A stretch of DNA of 64,000 nt from Candidatus Eremiobacteria bacterium (GTDB lineage: Bacteria > Vulcanimicrobiota > Vulcanimicrobiia > Vulcanimicrobiales > Vulcanimicrobiaceae), in assembly GCA_963808755.1 (NCBI GenBank), contig CAWEGP010000002.1, forward strand, positions 379,245-443,244, written 5' to 3'. The translations under genes were made by a program, and so were the position numbers. Positions 47,565-57,409 of this stretch are shown in pieces; position 1 is the first letter of the stretch; each line of letters opens with the position of its first letter. The notes beneath the pieces are model-generated. The model made no database searches. It worked only from the letters and a program-made list of their open reading frames with translations, and was not told the origin of the DNA.

Positions 47565-49070
47565 ATGCGCAATCCTTTTCAGCATCGCGAAAACGCGCCG
47601 GTCGGCCTGATCACGATCACGGTCATGCTGGGCATGATCATGGCGATCATTGACACGACGATCGTCAACGTCGCGATCAATACGATCGGGGGAAATCTGG
47701 GCGCCTCGGTCGATGAGGTTTCGTGGGTTGCGACCGGATATATTCTGGCGAACGTTTGCGTCATGCCGCTCAACGGCTGGCTCACCGCGTATCTCGGACG
47801 CAAGCGGTTTTACGCCGCCTCGCTCGCAATCTTCACGATTGCGTCGTTTCTCTGCGGCACTGCAACGTCGATCACGCAGTTGATTCTCTATCGCGTGATT
47901 CAAGGCATCGGCGGCGGCGCGCTGCAGCCCACAGCTCAAGCGATTCTTTTTGAAACGTATCCGCCGGAACGGCGCGGTGCGGCAATGGCGATCTTCGGGC
48001 TTGGTGCAATGGTAGGACCGGCGGTTGGCCCCACGCTCGGCGGGTACATCATCGACAACGCCAGCTGGCCGTTGATCTTCTACATTAATATTCCGATCGG
48101 CATCGTGGCTTTCTTGATGACCATGGCGTTCATTCCGAATCCGAAGTTCATCGAGAAAGCCAAAGCGGCGATCGATTGGATAGGCCTCGGTCTGCTCGTA
48201 GCCGGACTTGCGTCCTTGCAATATGTCCTTGAACGCGGCGAACACGATGAATGGTACAGCTCTTCGACGATCGCCTTGCTGACCGTCGTTGCTGTCGTTG
48301 GCTTGACATTCTTTATTTTCAAGATGCTGCGAGACAGGCACCCGCTCGTGCAGTTGCGCGTTTTCCGCCTGTCGTCGTTTGCGATCGGCAACATCATCGG
48401 TATCGTTACGGGATTTGGACTGTTCGGAACGGCATTGATCTTGCCGCTCTTCTTTCAAACCATTTTGAACTTCACCGCGTTCGATACGGGGATGGCGCTG
48501 CTGCCGGGCGCACTCTCTACCGCGGTCAGCATGGTCATTATCGGCCGCCTGAACAACCGGGTCGATCCGCGCATTTCGATTGCCTTCGGAATGCTCGTCT
48601 TCGCGTATTCGACGTGGATGTTGGGTGCACTCAATACGAGCGCAGGATATTGGGACGTGTTTTGGCCTCGGCTGGTTCAAGGTTTCGGATTGGGATTTCT
48701 TTTCGTGCCGCTCTCAACGGTGACGCTCGGCGACGTGCCGATTCCAGAACTCGCCGGCGCGACCGGAGTCAATACGCTCATCCGGCAGATTGGCGGCAGT
48801 TTCGGAATCGCCATTCTTACGACGCTGCTAACCCATGAAACCGCCATCGCTTGGAACGTGCTGGCATCCGGTGTGACGCAAACGCACGGGTATTCGATCG
48901 GGACGCTTACGCAGCTTGTTTCTCAGCAATCGGCGATGATTTCCTACGACTACCTCTTCCGCCTCACGGCGATCGTGTTCGCGCTGTGCACGCCGCTGGT
49001 CTTCTTCATCAAGGTGCACCGCCGTCCGGGCGGCGCGCCGGCGATGGCCGCGGCCGCGATGGCCGAATGA
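47565..49070 (+). CDS. MFS drug:H+ antiporter, DHA2 (EmrB/QacA, 14-TM) family
   Basis: 'MAIIDTTIVNVAINTIGGNLGAS...SWVATGYILANVCVMPLNGWLTAYLGRKR...GGYIIDNASWPLIFYINIPIG' matches EmrB-type motifs. Confidence 0.7.
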   Translation: MRNPFQHRENAPVGLITITVMLGMIMAIIDTTIVNVAINTIGGNLGASVDEVSWVATGYILANVCVMPLNGWLTAYLGRKRFYAASLAIFTIASFLCGTATSITQLILYRVIQGIGGGALQPTAQAILFETYPPERRGAAMAIFGLGAMVGPAVGPTLGGYIIDNASWPLIFYINIPIGIVAFLMTMAFIPNPKFIEKAKAAIDWIGLGLLVAGLASLQYVLERGEHDEWYSSSTIALLTVVAVVGLTFFIFKMLRDRHPLVQLRVFRLSSFAIGNIIGIVTGFGLFGTALILPLFFQTILNFTAFDTGMALLPGALSTAVSMVIIGRLNNRVDPRISIAFGMLVFAYSTWMLGALNTSAGYWDVFWPRLVQGFGLGFLFVPLSTVTLGDVPIPELAGATGVNTLIRQIGGSFGIAILTTLLTHETAIAWNVLASGVTQTHGYSIGTLTQLVSQQSAMISYDYLFRLTAIVFALCTPLVFFIKVHRRPGGAPAMAAAAMAE

Positions 49071-50496
49071 GGTCGCCCAGTTTCCAAATCGCGCGTTCGA
49101 TACGCGTATCCCATGGATGTCCGGCGCTGAGGCGCAAACAATTCGAATAGCGATTCGTCGCTGAGAAGACCTCACCGGGTGCAAAGCAAATGCCCGCCTC
49201 CAATGCCTCACCGAACAACGTGCGTGTGTTGATGTGTGCGGGTAGTTCGAGCCACAGCGTGAAGCCGCCGGCCGGATTACTGACTTTCGTACCGTCCGGA
49301 AACGCATCGGCGATCGCCATCCGCATGTGCGAAATGTTGCGGGCGAAGTCGCTTCTGATACGGCGGAGATGGTGATCGTAGCCGCCTGAGGCGAGAAATT
49401 CGGCGAACGCGGCCTGTGTTAGCGCCGGCCCGCACAGCGTTGACGCGGCTTTTTGCTTCAGCACTTCATGCATGCGCGCTCCGGCGACGATCCAGCCGAT
49501 GCGGTATCCCGGCGCAATGGTTTTCGAAAAGGAGCTGCAGTAGATCGTATTGCCGGCGCGATCGAACGACATGAACGGACGCGGGCGTTCTTGCCCAAAA
49601 TAGATGTCGCCGTAGATATCATCTTCGATCAACGGAACGCCGTGCTTCGCCAGTAACTGCACGAGCGCACGTTTCTTCTCATCGGGCATCGTGCATCCGA
49701 GCGGGTTATTGAAGCTCGACGAAACGAGACACGCTTTGATGCTGTTCTTTGAGAGCATACCCGCCAATGCCGTAAGGTCGATGCCGCTTGATGCGTCGGT
49801 CGGCACTTCCAGAACCTTGAGCCCCAGCGTTTCCAAAATACGCAGTAGACCAAAATAGGTCGGCGATTCAACGGCGATGGTGTCGTTTGCGTCGGCAACC
49901 ACTCGGAGCGCGAGCATCAGCGCTTCAGTGCATCCCGACGTAATTGCAATGTCATCCGGCGGTATCACTTGTTCCCAATGCGATGCGCGCCGCGCAATCT
50001 CTTGGCGTAGATGAACGTCGCCGCGCGGCCCGCCGTACACGTTGTATTCCATTCCCTGACGCCGGGCGATACGCGCGAGGATTCGATCGAGCCGCGTCGC
50101 GGCGAGCAGCTCGCGGCTCGGAACGGCGCAGCCGAGCGGAACATACGACGGGTCGGAGGCGCGTTCAAGAAGATCGAGCATGATATCCGAGACTGCGATA
50201 TCGGCCGGTCGTCGCGACGGTTTGGACATTTCTGGAAGCGGAAGCCGGCACGATGCCCGCCGTTGAGCCACAAAATATCCCGACTGCGGCCGCGCTTCCA
50301 GGACGCCCCGAGCTTCTAGCAGCCGGTATGCCTGCAGCGCGGTTCCGACGCTGACGCGCCGCTCTTCGCTAATCCGGCGCAGCGATGGTACGCGGGATCC
50401 CGGCGTCAAGGCTCCCGCCTCCACGAGCGAAGAAACGAACGCAGCGAGTCGTTCATACTCGTGCGACGCTGTTTCCAAGCACTCGTTCTTGTGCAT
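49009..50496 (-). CDS. MocR/GabR-type regulator (GntR HTH plus aminotransferase-fold domain), divergent from the aminotransferase-PhzF operon
   Basis: N-terminal 'PGSRVPSLRRISEERRVSVGTALQAYRLLEARGVLEARPQSGYFV' is a GntR HTH. C-terminal domain is aminotransferase I/II-like ('SSFSKTIAPGYRIGWIV'). Confidence 0.75.
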   Translation of the reverse strand: MHKNECLETASHEYERLAAFVSSLVEAGALTPGSRVPSLRRISEERRVSVGTALQAYRLLEARGVLEARPQSGYFVAQRRASCRLPLPEMSKPSRRPADIAVSDIMLDLLERASDPSYVPLGCAVPSRELLAATRLDRILARIARRQGMEYNVYGGPRGDVHLRQEIARRASHWEQVIPPDDIAITSGCTEALMLALRVVADANDTIAVESPTYFGLLRILETLGLKVLEVPTDASSGIDLTALAGMLSKNSIKACLVSSSFNNPLGCTMPDEKKRALVQLLAKHGVPLIEDDIYGDIYFGQERPRPFMSFDRAGNTIYCSSFSKTIAPGYRIGWIVAGARMHEVLKQKAASTLCGPALTQAAFAEFLASGGYDHHLRRIRSDFARNISHMRMAIADAFPDGTKVSNPAGGFTLWLELPAHINTRTLFGEALEAGICFAPGEVFSATNRYSNCLRLSAGHPWDTRIERAIWKLGDLIRPSRPRPSPARRPDGGAP

Positions 50497-50504
50497 AAAG
50501 CTCT

Positions 50505-50543
50505 ACTGTTATAGCACAATAGCCTGCATCTGTAACTGTTACA
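50505..50543. promoter_or_regulatory. Candidate MocR operator: direct repeat ACTGTTA (50505-50511 and 50535-50541); second copy sits within palindrome TGTAACTGTTACA
   Basis: Read directly in the 57-nt divergent intergenic region. MocR-family proteins are known to bind spaced direct/inverted repeats. Confidence 0.35.
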
Positions 50544-50553
50544 CAGGACGAAA

Positions 50554-51714
50554 GTGGGATACGCTGTGCTTGGAGGACGTATGCACAGATTTGCGCGGAA
50601 CGACATCATGAGCCTCGTCGGCGATAAGCCGGCATTTGACTTCGGCGAAAGCTACGGCCCGTGTATGCGCCTAGGCAAACTCATGAGCGCCGAAAGCGAT
50701 CTCGACGACCTCTTACTCGAGTACGGGACGGCGCAAGGCGATCTCGCTCTTCGAGAAGCCATCGCGCAACGCAACGGCGCGCACGCCGATGACGTGGTCG
50801 TCACCGTCGGCGGTGCGCACGCCCTCTTTCTCTGCTCGTTTATCGTGTGCGACCGCGGGGACCAAGCCGTGATCGCTTCACCGGTGTTCCCGCCGGCGCG
50901 TGAGACACTTAAGGCGCTCGGAGCGAGCGTCAGCGTGCTACGCCTGACATTCGATAGCTCCTATCAACCCGATATGCGTGCGTTTCGCGAATGCCTCTCG
51001 CACAAAACACGCTTGGTGAGCATCGCGTCACCGCAGAATCCGTCGGGCGTCATCTTCTCGCGAACGACTCTGCGCGAGATGCTTACGATCATGGAAGAAA
51101 TCTGTCCTCAAGCATACCTACTCGTCGACGAGACGTATCGCGAGGCTTCCTACGGCAATGACCCTGTTGCCGACAGCGCATGCACGTTGAGCCCTAAAGT
51201 TGTGTCCATCGCGTCGCTTTCAAAATGCCACGGTGCGGCGGGGTTGCGAATCGGATGGGCAATAACTGCTGATCCGGCATTGCGGGATCAACTCGTGCTG
51301 GGCAAGTTCAACTCCGTGGTTTCGTGCTCTCGCGTCGACGAAGCGCTCGCGCTCGAAGTGCTGGAACAAGACGACGCCATCATGAACGAGCGGCGCGCGC
51401 ACTTGGAAGAGGGACTGCTGAACACCGCTTCGTGGGTAGAACAGAACGGCGCCTGTGTCGAGTGGATACGCCCGAGTGCCGGTGCAATTTGCTGTATTCG
51501 CTTGCGAGCGGACGCCTTTGATGACGCAGCCGTCGAGCGGTTCTACACCGCTCTCGCGGCCGAAAATGCGCGGGTCGCAAGCGGTACGTGGTTTGGCGAG
51601 GATCAACGCGTGTTTCGCTTGGGATTCGGTCTCCTTACGCCCCACCAACGAAACGATGCGTTCCGCGCCTTGACACGATCGCTGGAACGCTCCATCACGG
51701 CGGGAGCGCTGTGA
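50554..51714 (+). CDS. Class I/II PLP-dependent aminotransferase (start uncertain: GTG 50554, ATG 50581 or 50608)
   Basis: 'VSIASPQNPSGVIF', 'LLVDETYREASY', 'SLSKCHGAAGLRIGWAI' (PLP-lysine motif). Confidence 0.7.
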   Translation: MGYAVLGGRMHRFARNDIMSLVGDKPAFDFGESYGPCMRLGKLMSAESDLDDLLLEYGTAQGDLALREAIAQRNGAHADDVVVTVGGAHALFLCSFIVCDRGDQAVIASPVFPPARETLKALGASVSVLRLTFDSSYQPDMRAFRECLSHKTRLVSIASPQNPSGVIFSRTTLREMLTIMEEICPQAYLLVDETYREASYGNDPVADSACTLSPKVVSIASLSKCHGAAGLRIGWAITADPALRDQLVLGKFNSVVSCSRVDEALALEVLEQDDAIMNERRAHLEEGLLNTASWVEQNGACVEWIRPSAGAICCIRLRADAFDDAAVERFYTALAAENARVASGTWFGEDQRVFRLGFGLLTPHQRNDAFRALTRSLERSITAGAL

Positions 51715-51727
51715 AGGAGAATCATCT

Positions 51728-52654
51728 ATGATCCGTGCACGCTACATTCTGCTCGACGTCTTTACCGAGCGCGCCTTTGCAGGAAACCAACTCGCCATTT
51801 TCCCGGAATGCGTTTTCGATGACGTCACGATGCAGCACATTGCCCGCGAACTGAACCTTGCGGAGTCCGTGTTCCTGACGCGTGGACAAGGCGGAGAAGC
51901 CGGCACACTGCGCATCTTCACGCCCGGGCGCGAGGTGCTTTTCGCCGGACATCCGACGATCGGTACTGCCATCGCGCTCGTTGACGAATTGCGGTGGGTT
52001 GATCCAGGCGTTACATCATTTGTTCTTCGGGAACGAATTGGAAATATTCCGATTACGATCGAACGCGATCCCGGCACGATGGCGTGGTTTACGACACCGC
52101 CGACGACGTTCGGTGACCGGATAGGGCGCGCGATGGCGGCATCGATGCTCAATCTTCCCGAATCCGACGTGCGCGATGATGTTCCGGTGCAATTCGCCGG
52201 TGCAGGAAGCCGCTTTCTATTCGTTCCGCTTCAGTCGCGCGATGCGGTCGATCGCGCCGTTGCAGATGAAAGTGTGGCGCGCGGCGTGTTTGCCGGAACC
52301 GATGCGATCGGCATATATCTGTTTGCACAGAGTTTCGATGGCTGCTATGCGCGCATGTTTGCACCAATGTCCGGCATCAGTGAAGATCCTGCGACCGGTA
52401 GTGCAACCGGACCGCTTTACGCGTACCTCACCGAGCACGGCGTCCTTCCAAAACGCGACCGGTTTCTCAATCTTCAGGGCGTCGCAATGGGACGTCGTTC
52501 CGAGCTCCATGTTCGCTGCTTTTGGAAAGAAGAACGCTTAACGCGCATCGATATTGGTGGTCGCGCGGTCGTTGTGGGACGTGGCGAGCTCAGCGTACCA
52601 ATCGTCGAGCAAGCGGACTCAACGCGCGAAAACGCCAGCGCTGCTCGTAGTTGA
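51728..52654 (+). CDS. PhzF-family (phenazine-biosynthesis-like, DapF-fold) isomerase/epimerase
   Basis: 'LLDVFTERAFAGNQLAIFPE...ELNLAESVFL...FTPGREVLFAGHPTIGTA' is the PhzF signature. AAGGAG SD. Confidence 0.75.
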   Translation: MIRARYILLDVFTERAFAGNQLAIFPECVFDDVTMQHIARELNLAESVFLTRGQGGEAGTLRIFTPGREVLFAGHPTIGTAIALVDELRWVDPGVTSFVLRERIGNIPITIERDPGTMAWFTTPPTTFGDRIGRAMAASMLNLPESDVRDDVPVQFAGAGSRFLFVPLQSRDAVDRAVADESVARGVFAGTDAIGIYLFAQSFDGCYARMFAPMSGISEDPATGSATGPLYAYLTEHGVLPKRDRFLNLQGVAMGRRSELHVRCFWKEERLTRIDIGGRAVVVGRGELSVPIVEQADSTRENASAARS

Positions 52655-53492
52655 GATAGCGCACCGCATTGCGCAGCCCCAGCAAGGGCGGCCGAGCGCG
52701 CACCATCTCCTCGGTTAAGCGATACAGAGGTGCCAGTTCGGTCCTCAGTCGTTCGATAACCGGCTTTGCCGGCGCCGGATGTTCGCCGCGAAAGCGCATC
52801 GCACGCACGACGTAATCCTCAAGATATGCACGCACGTCGATATTCTGAAGCTCCGCTTCGCCGCGAATCTTGCCTGGAGCGCCAAGCGTGGTGTACTGCC
52901 ACTCCTTTTCGGCGTGACGCTGTACGTCGAGCGTATGCCCGTAGTGCGCGTAGACGTACGGGAGAAGGACACGCTTGCCGGGGAGACCGCGCAGCTGTTC
53001 ATGGACTGCGCCCTCCCAGTGCACGCCGTCTCGAAAGCGATAGAACATCAGCCTTCGCTCGATCGACATGTACCAATCAAAGGATCCGGCAAAATGCCAC
53101 GTGTATGCATCGACTGCATCGTATTCGGCCGGTATTTCGTCGAGATGCGCCGCTACATGCTGAGCAGTCTCACCGTGAACTTCGTCGGCATCTACGAACG
53201 TGACCCAATCCCCGGCGTCATGCTGACGGTGTAGCGACATGCAGACGTTGCGGGCATTCGCGAAACCGCTGAACGGCGTGCGGTCCACGATGAGCGAGCC
53301 GCGTGCTGCAAATGCGGTTGCCTGTAAAACGGCGGCGTGTGGCGAAGGGTCGCGGGAATTGTCGTTGACGATGATCGTCTGCGCTACGCTCTCGAGCGAT
53401 TGCAAAAGTGCACCGAGGAACGGCTCTTCACGGGAACCGACGATCAAATGAGCAGCGATGCGGGGTGGCACGGCAACGCGCGTTCTGCGCAC
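52590..53492 (-). CDS. Glycosyltransferase family 2-like protein (GTG start)
   Basis: 'IVGSREEPFLGALLQSLESVAQTIIVNDNS' and 'FVDADE' (DxD). Confidence 0.45.
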   Translation of the reverse strand: MRRTRVAVPPRIAAHLIVGSREEPFLGALLQSLESVAQTIIVNDNSRDPSPHAAVLQATAFAARGSLIVDRTPFSGFANARNVCMSLHRQHDAGDWVTFVDADEVHGETAQHVAAHLDEIPAEYDAVDAYTWHFAGSFDWYMSIERRLMFYRFRDGVHWEGAVHEQLRGLPGKRVLLPYVYAHYGHTLDVQRHAEKEWQYTTLGAPGKIRGEAELQNIDVRAYLEDYVVRAMRFRGEHPAPAKPVIERLRTELAPLYRLTEEMVRARPPLLGLRNAVRYLNYEQRWRFRALSPLARRLVR

Positions 53493-53519
53493 ATTTACCG
53501 CACCCTTCGCGTCATCCGA

Positions 53520-53789
53520 CTAGCGGCTAATGCGGTCTTGTACGTCGATCGTTACCTGATCCCCGACGTCTTTACCGATCTTCTTACGGAGGTCCGCCCG
53601 GACGGGAAGCTTGTGCGTGCCGTCACCCATTGCCATGAACGCGCTCCGGAAGGCGTGCCCATCAATCGTGCCCCGTATCTTGACGAGCCCACGCGTCCCG
53701 AAGAACGCGACGGAGTCGGACATCACGACGTACGTCCAGCCGCCTTTCTTAGGCGACTTCTGCAGTGTTGCCGTGAAGCGCTTATTCAT
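53520..53789 (-). CDS. DUF1905-family small protein (start at internal ATG 53789)
   Basis: '[63 protein letters not shown]' is the DUF1905 pattern. Confidence 0.5.
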   Translation of the reverse strand: MNKRFTATLQKSPKKGGWTYVVMSDSVAFFGTRGLVKIRGTIDGHAFRSAFMAMGDGTHKLPVRADLRKKIGKDVGDQVTIDVQDRISR

Positions 53790-54116
53790 TGTTGCAACCG
53801 CGGGCGCACGCTCGGTGCAATTCTCGTTGCGAACCGAAGCGACTCGTGTGGCGAGATGCGCTTGGCGCGGCGCCGGAGAGCTTCGACCTGAGCTCCGGCA
53901 ATCAAGAACAAGACACCGAAGGCCGGTATGAACGAACACCACAGTGCCGCTACCTGAACGGTATATGAGTGAAAGCTGTGGCTAAACATGGTTCGTGCCG
54001 CCAGGATCCACAAAATTGCGTTTCATAAATGGATTATAACAATCATACTTGTAAATTACAAGCTCAATTCAAAATATAGTCTCCTTATGCAGCGAGCATG
54101 CGGTTGCCGCTTTCCT

Positions 54117-55160
54117 TTACTCGGCGACTCCCGGCGGGACCAATAAGAACCACTCCCTGCGCCCGTAATACATGCCTTGACCCAAAATTTCGCCTTTGTT
54201 GTTGATGGCCGACGCGCGCGTGAGCAGCCAACCTGTACCTGGCGCGATAGCATTGTTGAGATCCGTCATCTTGCCGCTTTCGTAAAGAAACGCGTGCACA
54301 TCATAGCCCGATCCGGAATACCCGACGAGCTGATTCTTGTCGTTGATGCCGGTCGCGTGACTTTGATCAGGACCCTTTGTGTGATTTAACGTTCCAAGGC
54401 ACACGCGCGTATGAGTGACAGTCGAATACTCATACGCTGCGGACGGCATGAGACCGCCACACTGATGCATAGGGTTTGCATAAAGCGAGCCCGCAGCTTC
54501 ACCGGCACCGTTGATGGCGCTTAGCTGCGAGAGGCCCGTTGTAAGGGCAGATCCGCCATGCCCGTAAAACGCTTGGTCGTTCCCGCAACGCTCATCGACG
54601 GACGTCCCGACGTATGTTCCCGCGCTGTTTATGGCAACGACATTCAGGGACGTCAAGCTTCCCGTTATCTCCGTGGCCTTTCCGGCGTTGTAGTCGTAGC
54701 TTGTATAGTATGGGAACTGATTTACCGAAATGTGAAACTGGACATGATGATCTCGCCGGAATTATTGATACCGACGGCGGATGCTCCGGGGTAATAATAC
54801 TGTGGGACCCGCGGCATCGTACCGAATTGCGCCGCAGGCATCGGCGCCCACAACGACGCCATTGTCGTTCAACCCGATCGCGGCGTCGCCACGACACGGT
54901 CCGACGCCATCGTTGAGCCTCGTAAGTTTGAAGTTGCGCCATGTCGCCGGCGAAACAATGTAGGTTCCAGCAAGTTCGCCGAGGTTATTAAGAGCTGACG
55001 GCTGCAAACCCGTGAACCGCAGAATTGTGTAGTACGCATGCCCGGTCATGTGCGCATCAGCAGCCTCGCGAAGTGGTATTGCCGAGGTGCCTCCGCCGCC
55101 CGCCGCAGCGCATCCGCTGAGCATGACGGAAACGCAACATATGGCAATCAAGCGTTTCAT
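54117..55160 (-). pseudogene. HAF-repeat (TIGR03803-type) lipoprotein gene interrupted by a single in-frame TAA (complement of 54762-54764)
   Basis: The N-terminal ORF (lipobox 'MLSGCAAAGGG') and the C-terminal ORF ('GYSGSGYDVHAFLYESGKMTDLN' HAF repeats) are in the same frame. The intervening 35 codons are open. The downstream piece begins only with TTG. Confidence 0.5.
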
Positions 55161-55207
55161 TGCTACTCTTCGCTTTCGCTCGCCAGGCGCGACGCGTTCA
55201 TCGTATC

Positions 55208-55753
55208 ATGAAAGAGAATCATCCAACACGTCCGTACAATGCAGGCGTGCAGCGAATTCATCTTGCGACCGCATTGATCGAACGCGACGGCGCGGTCTTG
55301 TTGGTGGCGTCGCGCTATGCGTCGCACATCCAACCGCTCTGGAATTTGCCCGGCGGACGACAGCAACCCCAGGAACTGCTGGAAGCAACCGCCTTACGCG
55401 AGCTGCGCGAAGAGACGGGACTGCGCGGCGCCATTTGCGAGTTGGCTTACATAGCGGAGAGCTATGACGGCGACCGTCATTTTCTGAATGCCGCATTTGT
55501 TACCGCGGTCGACGGTGAGCCGGAAGTACCGGGATTTGGCGATCACGTCGTGGACGTGAAATGGGTGAGGCGTGACGAGTTAGGATCACTTTTGGAAGCG
55601 GCCGTCGTGCGTGAGCCGTTGCTCCGGTATCTCGGAAACGGAGTTCGTTACACATCGTTCGCACGCGCTGATATCAGCGTGCGGTGGTTCGACGAGGAGT
55701 CATACCGCGGAGTTGAGCCCCTCCCAACGCGACCGCTCGAGGACGAAACCTAA
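55208..55753 (+). CDS. NUDIX hydrolase
   Basis: Nudix box 'GGRQQPQELLEATALRELREETGL' (Gx5Ex7REUxEExGU). Confidence 0.7.
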   Translation: MKENHPTRPYNAGVQRIHLATALIERDGAVLLVASRYASHIQPLWNLPGGRQQPQELLEATALRELREETGLRGAICELAYIAESYDGDRHFLNAAFVTAVDGEPEVPGFGDHVVDVKWVRRDELGSLLEAAVVREPLLRYLGNGVRYTSFARADISVRWFDEESYRGVEPLPTRPLEDET

Positions 55754-56254
55754 AACGTCGACCGGCTGTCCCTGGACGGTTGCCCCGTGCGGTAAAATAC
55801 CGTCGGTTTCGAACCCCACGCGTTCCAGAACGCTGCGTGATGCCTTGTTTTCGGGAACGCAGTAAGCGCGTACTCTGCGCAATTGAACGCGACCGAATCC
55901 CTCATAGACCAACGCGCGTACGGCTTCGGTCGCGATGCCGCGGTCGCGATATTCGCGCACCACGCTGTAACCGACTTCCGCCGAACCTGCAGCTCGTTCC
56001 CCAATGCGCAGCGACGCCCAGCCGACCGGCGGCTCTACACCTTGCAAATAGACGAGCCATTCGAACCGCCCCCACGATCCCGGCTGAAGACGTTTCGGGC
56101 GCGCAGCCACCATGCGCTGAAACTGCAGGCGATCTGCGTCGGGTAAATCCTGGTACGTCCGCAGGTCCGGAAATTGCAAGATCGCCCACAGCGCGTCGGA
56201 ATTGTCGCCGGTCACGGGGACCAAACGCAAACGCTCGGTTAAAATCGTTCGCAT
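55700..56254 (-). CDS. GNAT-family N-acetyltransferase (RimJ/RimL-like)
   Basis: 'VGYSVVREYRDRGIATEAVRALVYEGF...RVRAYCVPENKASRSVLERVGF' are GNAT motifs A/B. Confidence 0.6.
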   Translation of the reverse strand: MRTILTERLRLVPVTGDNSDALWAILQFPDLRTYQDLPDADRLQFQRMVAARPKRLQPGSWGRFEWLVYLQGVEPPVGWASLRIGERAAGSAEVGYSVVREYRDRGIATEAVRALVYEGFGRVQLRRVRAYCVPENKASRSVLERVGFETDGILPHGATVQGQPVDVLGFVLERSRWEGLNSAV

Positions 56255-56310
56255 CGTTGCTTGCTGTACCCAGATTTGCGCGTGATGGAGGCACGCAAAG
56301 GAGGCACGCG

Positions 56311-56640
56311 ATGAATCTGAGTGCCGCATATCAAGCCACTCGTCCGGCATTGGTAAGCTTCAGCGGAACGGTGACGACGGAGCCATCGTACTTTTACGGA
56401 ACGCATACGCACTGCGAGCACGAACAGTTCGGCGTTCAAACGCCGGCGGGTCCACTGCAAATCGTCGACAACGTCGACATTGCCCCGCGCATCCCGATTC
56501 ATCCCGGCGAACGTGTCGAGGTTCGCGGCGAAATGGTGCACGACCCGGGAAAACTTCCCATCGTTCACTGGACACATCATGACCCCGAACATGAACATCC
56601 CGATGGGTTCATTCGCCTCCAGGGTAAGGTGTATGCATAG
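56311..56640 (+). CDS. DUF3465-family small protein (the long ORF 55780.. is an antisense artefact; true start ATG 56311 with AAAGGAGG SD)
   Basis: 'NVDIAPRIPIHPGERVEVRGEMVHDPGKLPIVHWTHHDPEHEHPDGFIRLQGKVY' matches the DUF3465 consensus. Confidence 0.45.
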   Translation: MNLSAAYQATRPALVSFSGTVTTEPSYFYGTHTHCEHEQFGVQTPAGPLQIVDNVDIAPRIPIHPGERVEVRGEMVHDPGKLPIVHWTHHDPEHEHPDGFIRLQGKVYA

Positions 56641-57406
56641 CGCTCCCTTTGAGCGCCAGTAGTTCGGGAATCGTCACGAACCGGTACCCTTGCTGTTTGA
56701 GGCTTTCGATAATCAAACGGGTTGCACCGATATCCGCGCTTCGATCGCAGGTGTGTGCGTTCACGCGCGCGCGCTTACAGTCCATTCCTCGATTGCCGTC
56801 GTGAAGGACGATGATCGATCCGTCGCGCACGTGCGGCAGTACGCGCCGCGCAATGACCGCGGCCGGCGGATACTCCCAATCGTTGGCGAGGGGCACCGAC
56901 CACATCACCGGCGTGTAACCCAGGCGGCGCGCTTCATCGAGCACGAGCCAGTCGCGTGAGCCGTAGGGCGGACGCATGATATGCGAATGCAATCCCGTTG
57001 CGGCAAAAATTGCGGCGTCGGTCTTACTGAGATTTTCTCGAAGCGCATCGGGAGTGAGCACGATCAAGTGATCGTGTTGCCAGCTATGATTGCCGATCGC
57101 ATCGCCGTCACGCACCTCACGCCGAACAACATCGGGATGCGCAACGACCGCGCGGCCTACCAAAAAGAACGTTGCATGCACGTGCTCCTTTGCAAGCACG
57201 TCGAGGATCGCGTTGGTGTACGGGGGGTTCGGACCGTCGTCGTATGTCAGCGCAACGACGCGTTCGTTTGCCGGTCCACTTACGACGGTTCGCCCGAAGA
57301 GCTGGTTGCTCGGGTTTTCACTGATCTCGTATGCCGAGAATCCCAGCAGCGCAACGGCGGCAAAGGCGATCGCCCAGCGAACTGCGACCCGCGCTGTGGC
57401 TGTCAT
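56609..57406 (-). CDS. Polysaccharide deacetylase (CE4 / NodB-homology) protein, secreted
   Basis: 'VVALTYDDGPNPPYTNAILDVLAKEHVHATFFLVG...DAIGNHSWQHDHL' are NodB motifs 1-3. Confidence 0.7.
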   Translation of the reverse strand: MTATARVAVRWAIAFAAVALLGFSAYEISENPSNQLFGRTVVSGPANERVVALTYDDGPNPPYTNAILDVLAKEHVHATFFLVGRAVVAHPDVVRREVRDGDAIGNHSWQHDHLIVLTPDALRENLSKTDAAIFAATGLHSHIMRPPYGSRDWLVLDEARRLGYTPVMWSVPLANDWEYPPAAVIARRVLPHVRDGSIIVLHDGNRGMDCKRARVNAHTCDRSADIGATRLIIESLKQQGYRFVTIPELLALKGSAMHTPYPGGE

Positions 57407-57409
57407 CTC

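Noticed and set aside
47445-48680. 411-aa ORF antisense to the DHA2 MFS transporter gene (similar long antisense ORFs at 13293-13899, 36129-36956, 24614-25396, 59507-60543, 55780-56310)
   Set aside because: Low-complexity Arg/Asp/His-rich translations with no motifs, fully overlapping well-supported genes on the opposite strand. These are the usual open-frame artefacts of GC-rich DNA.
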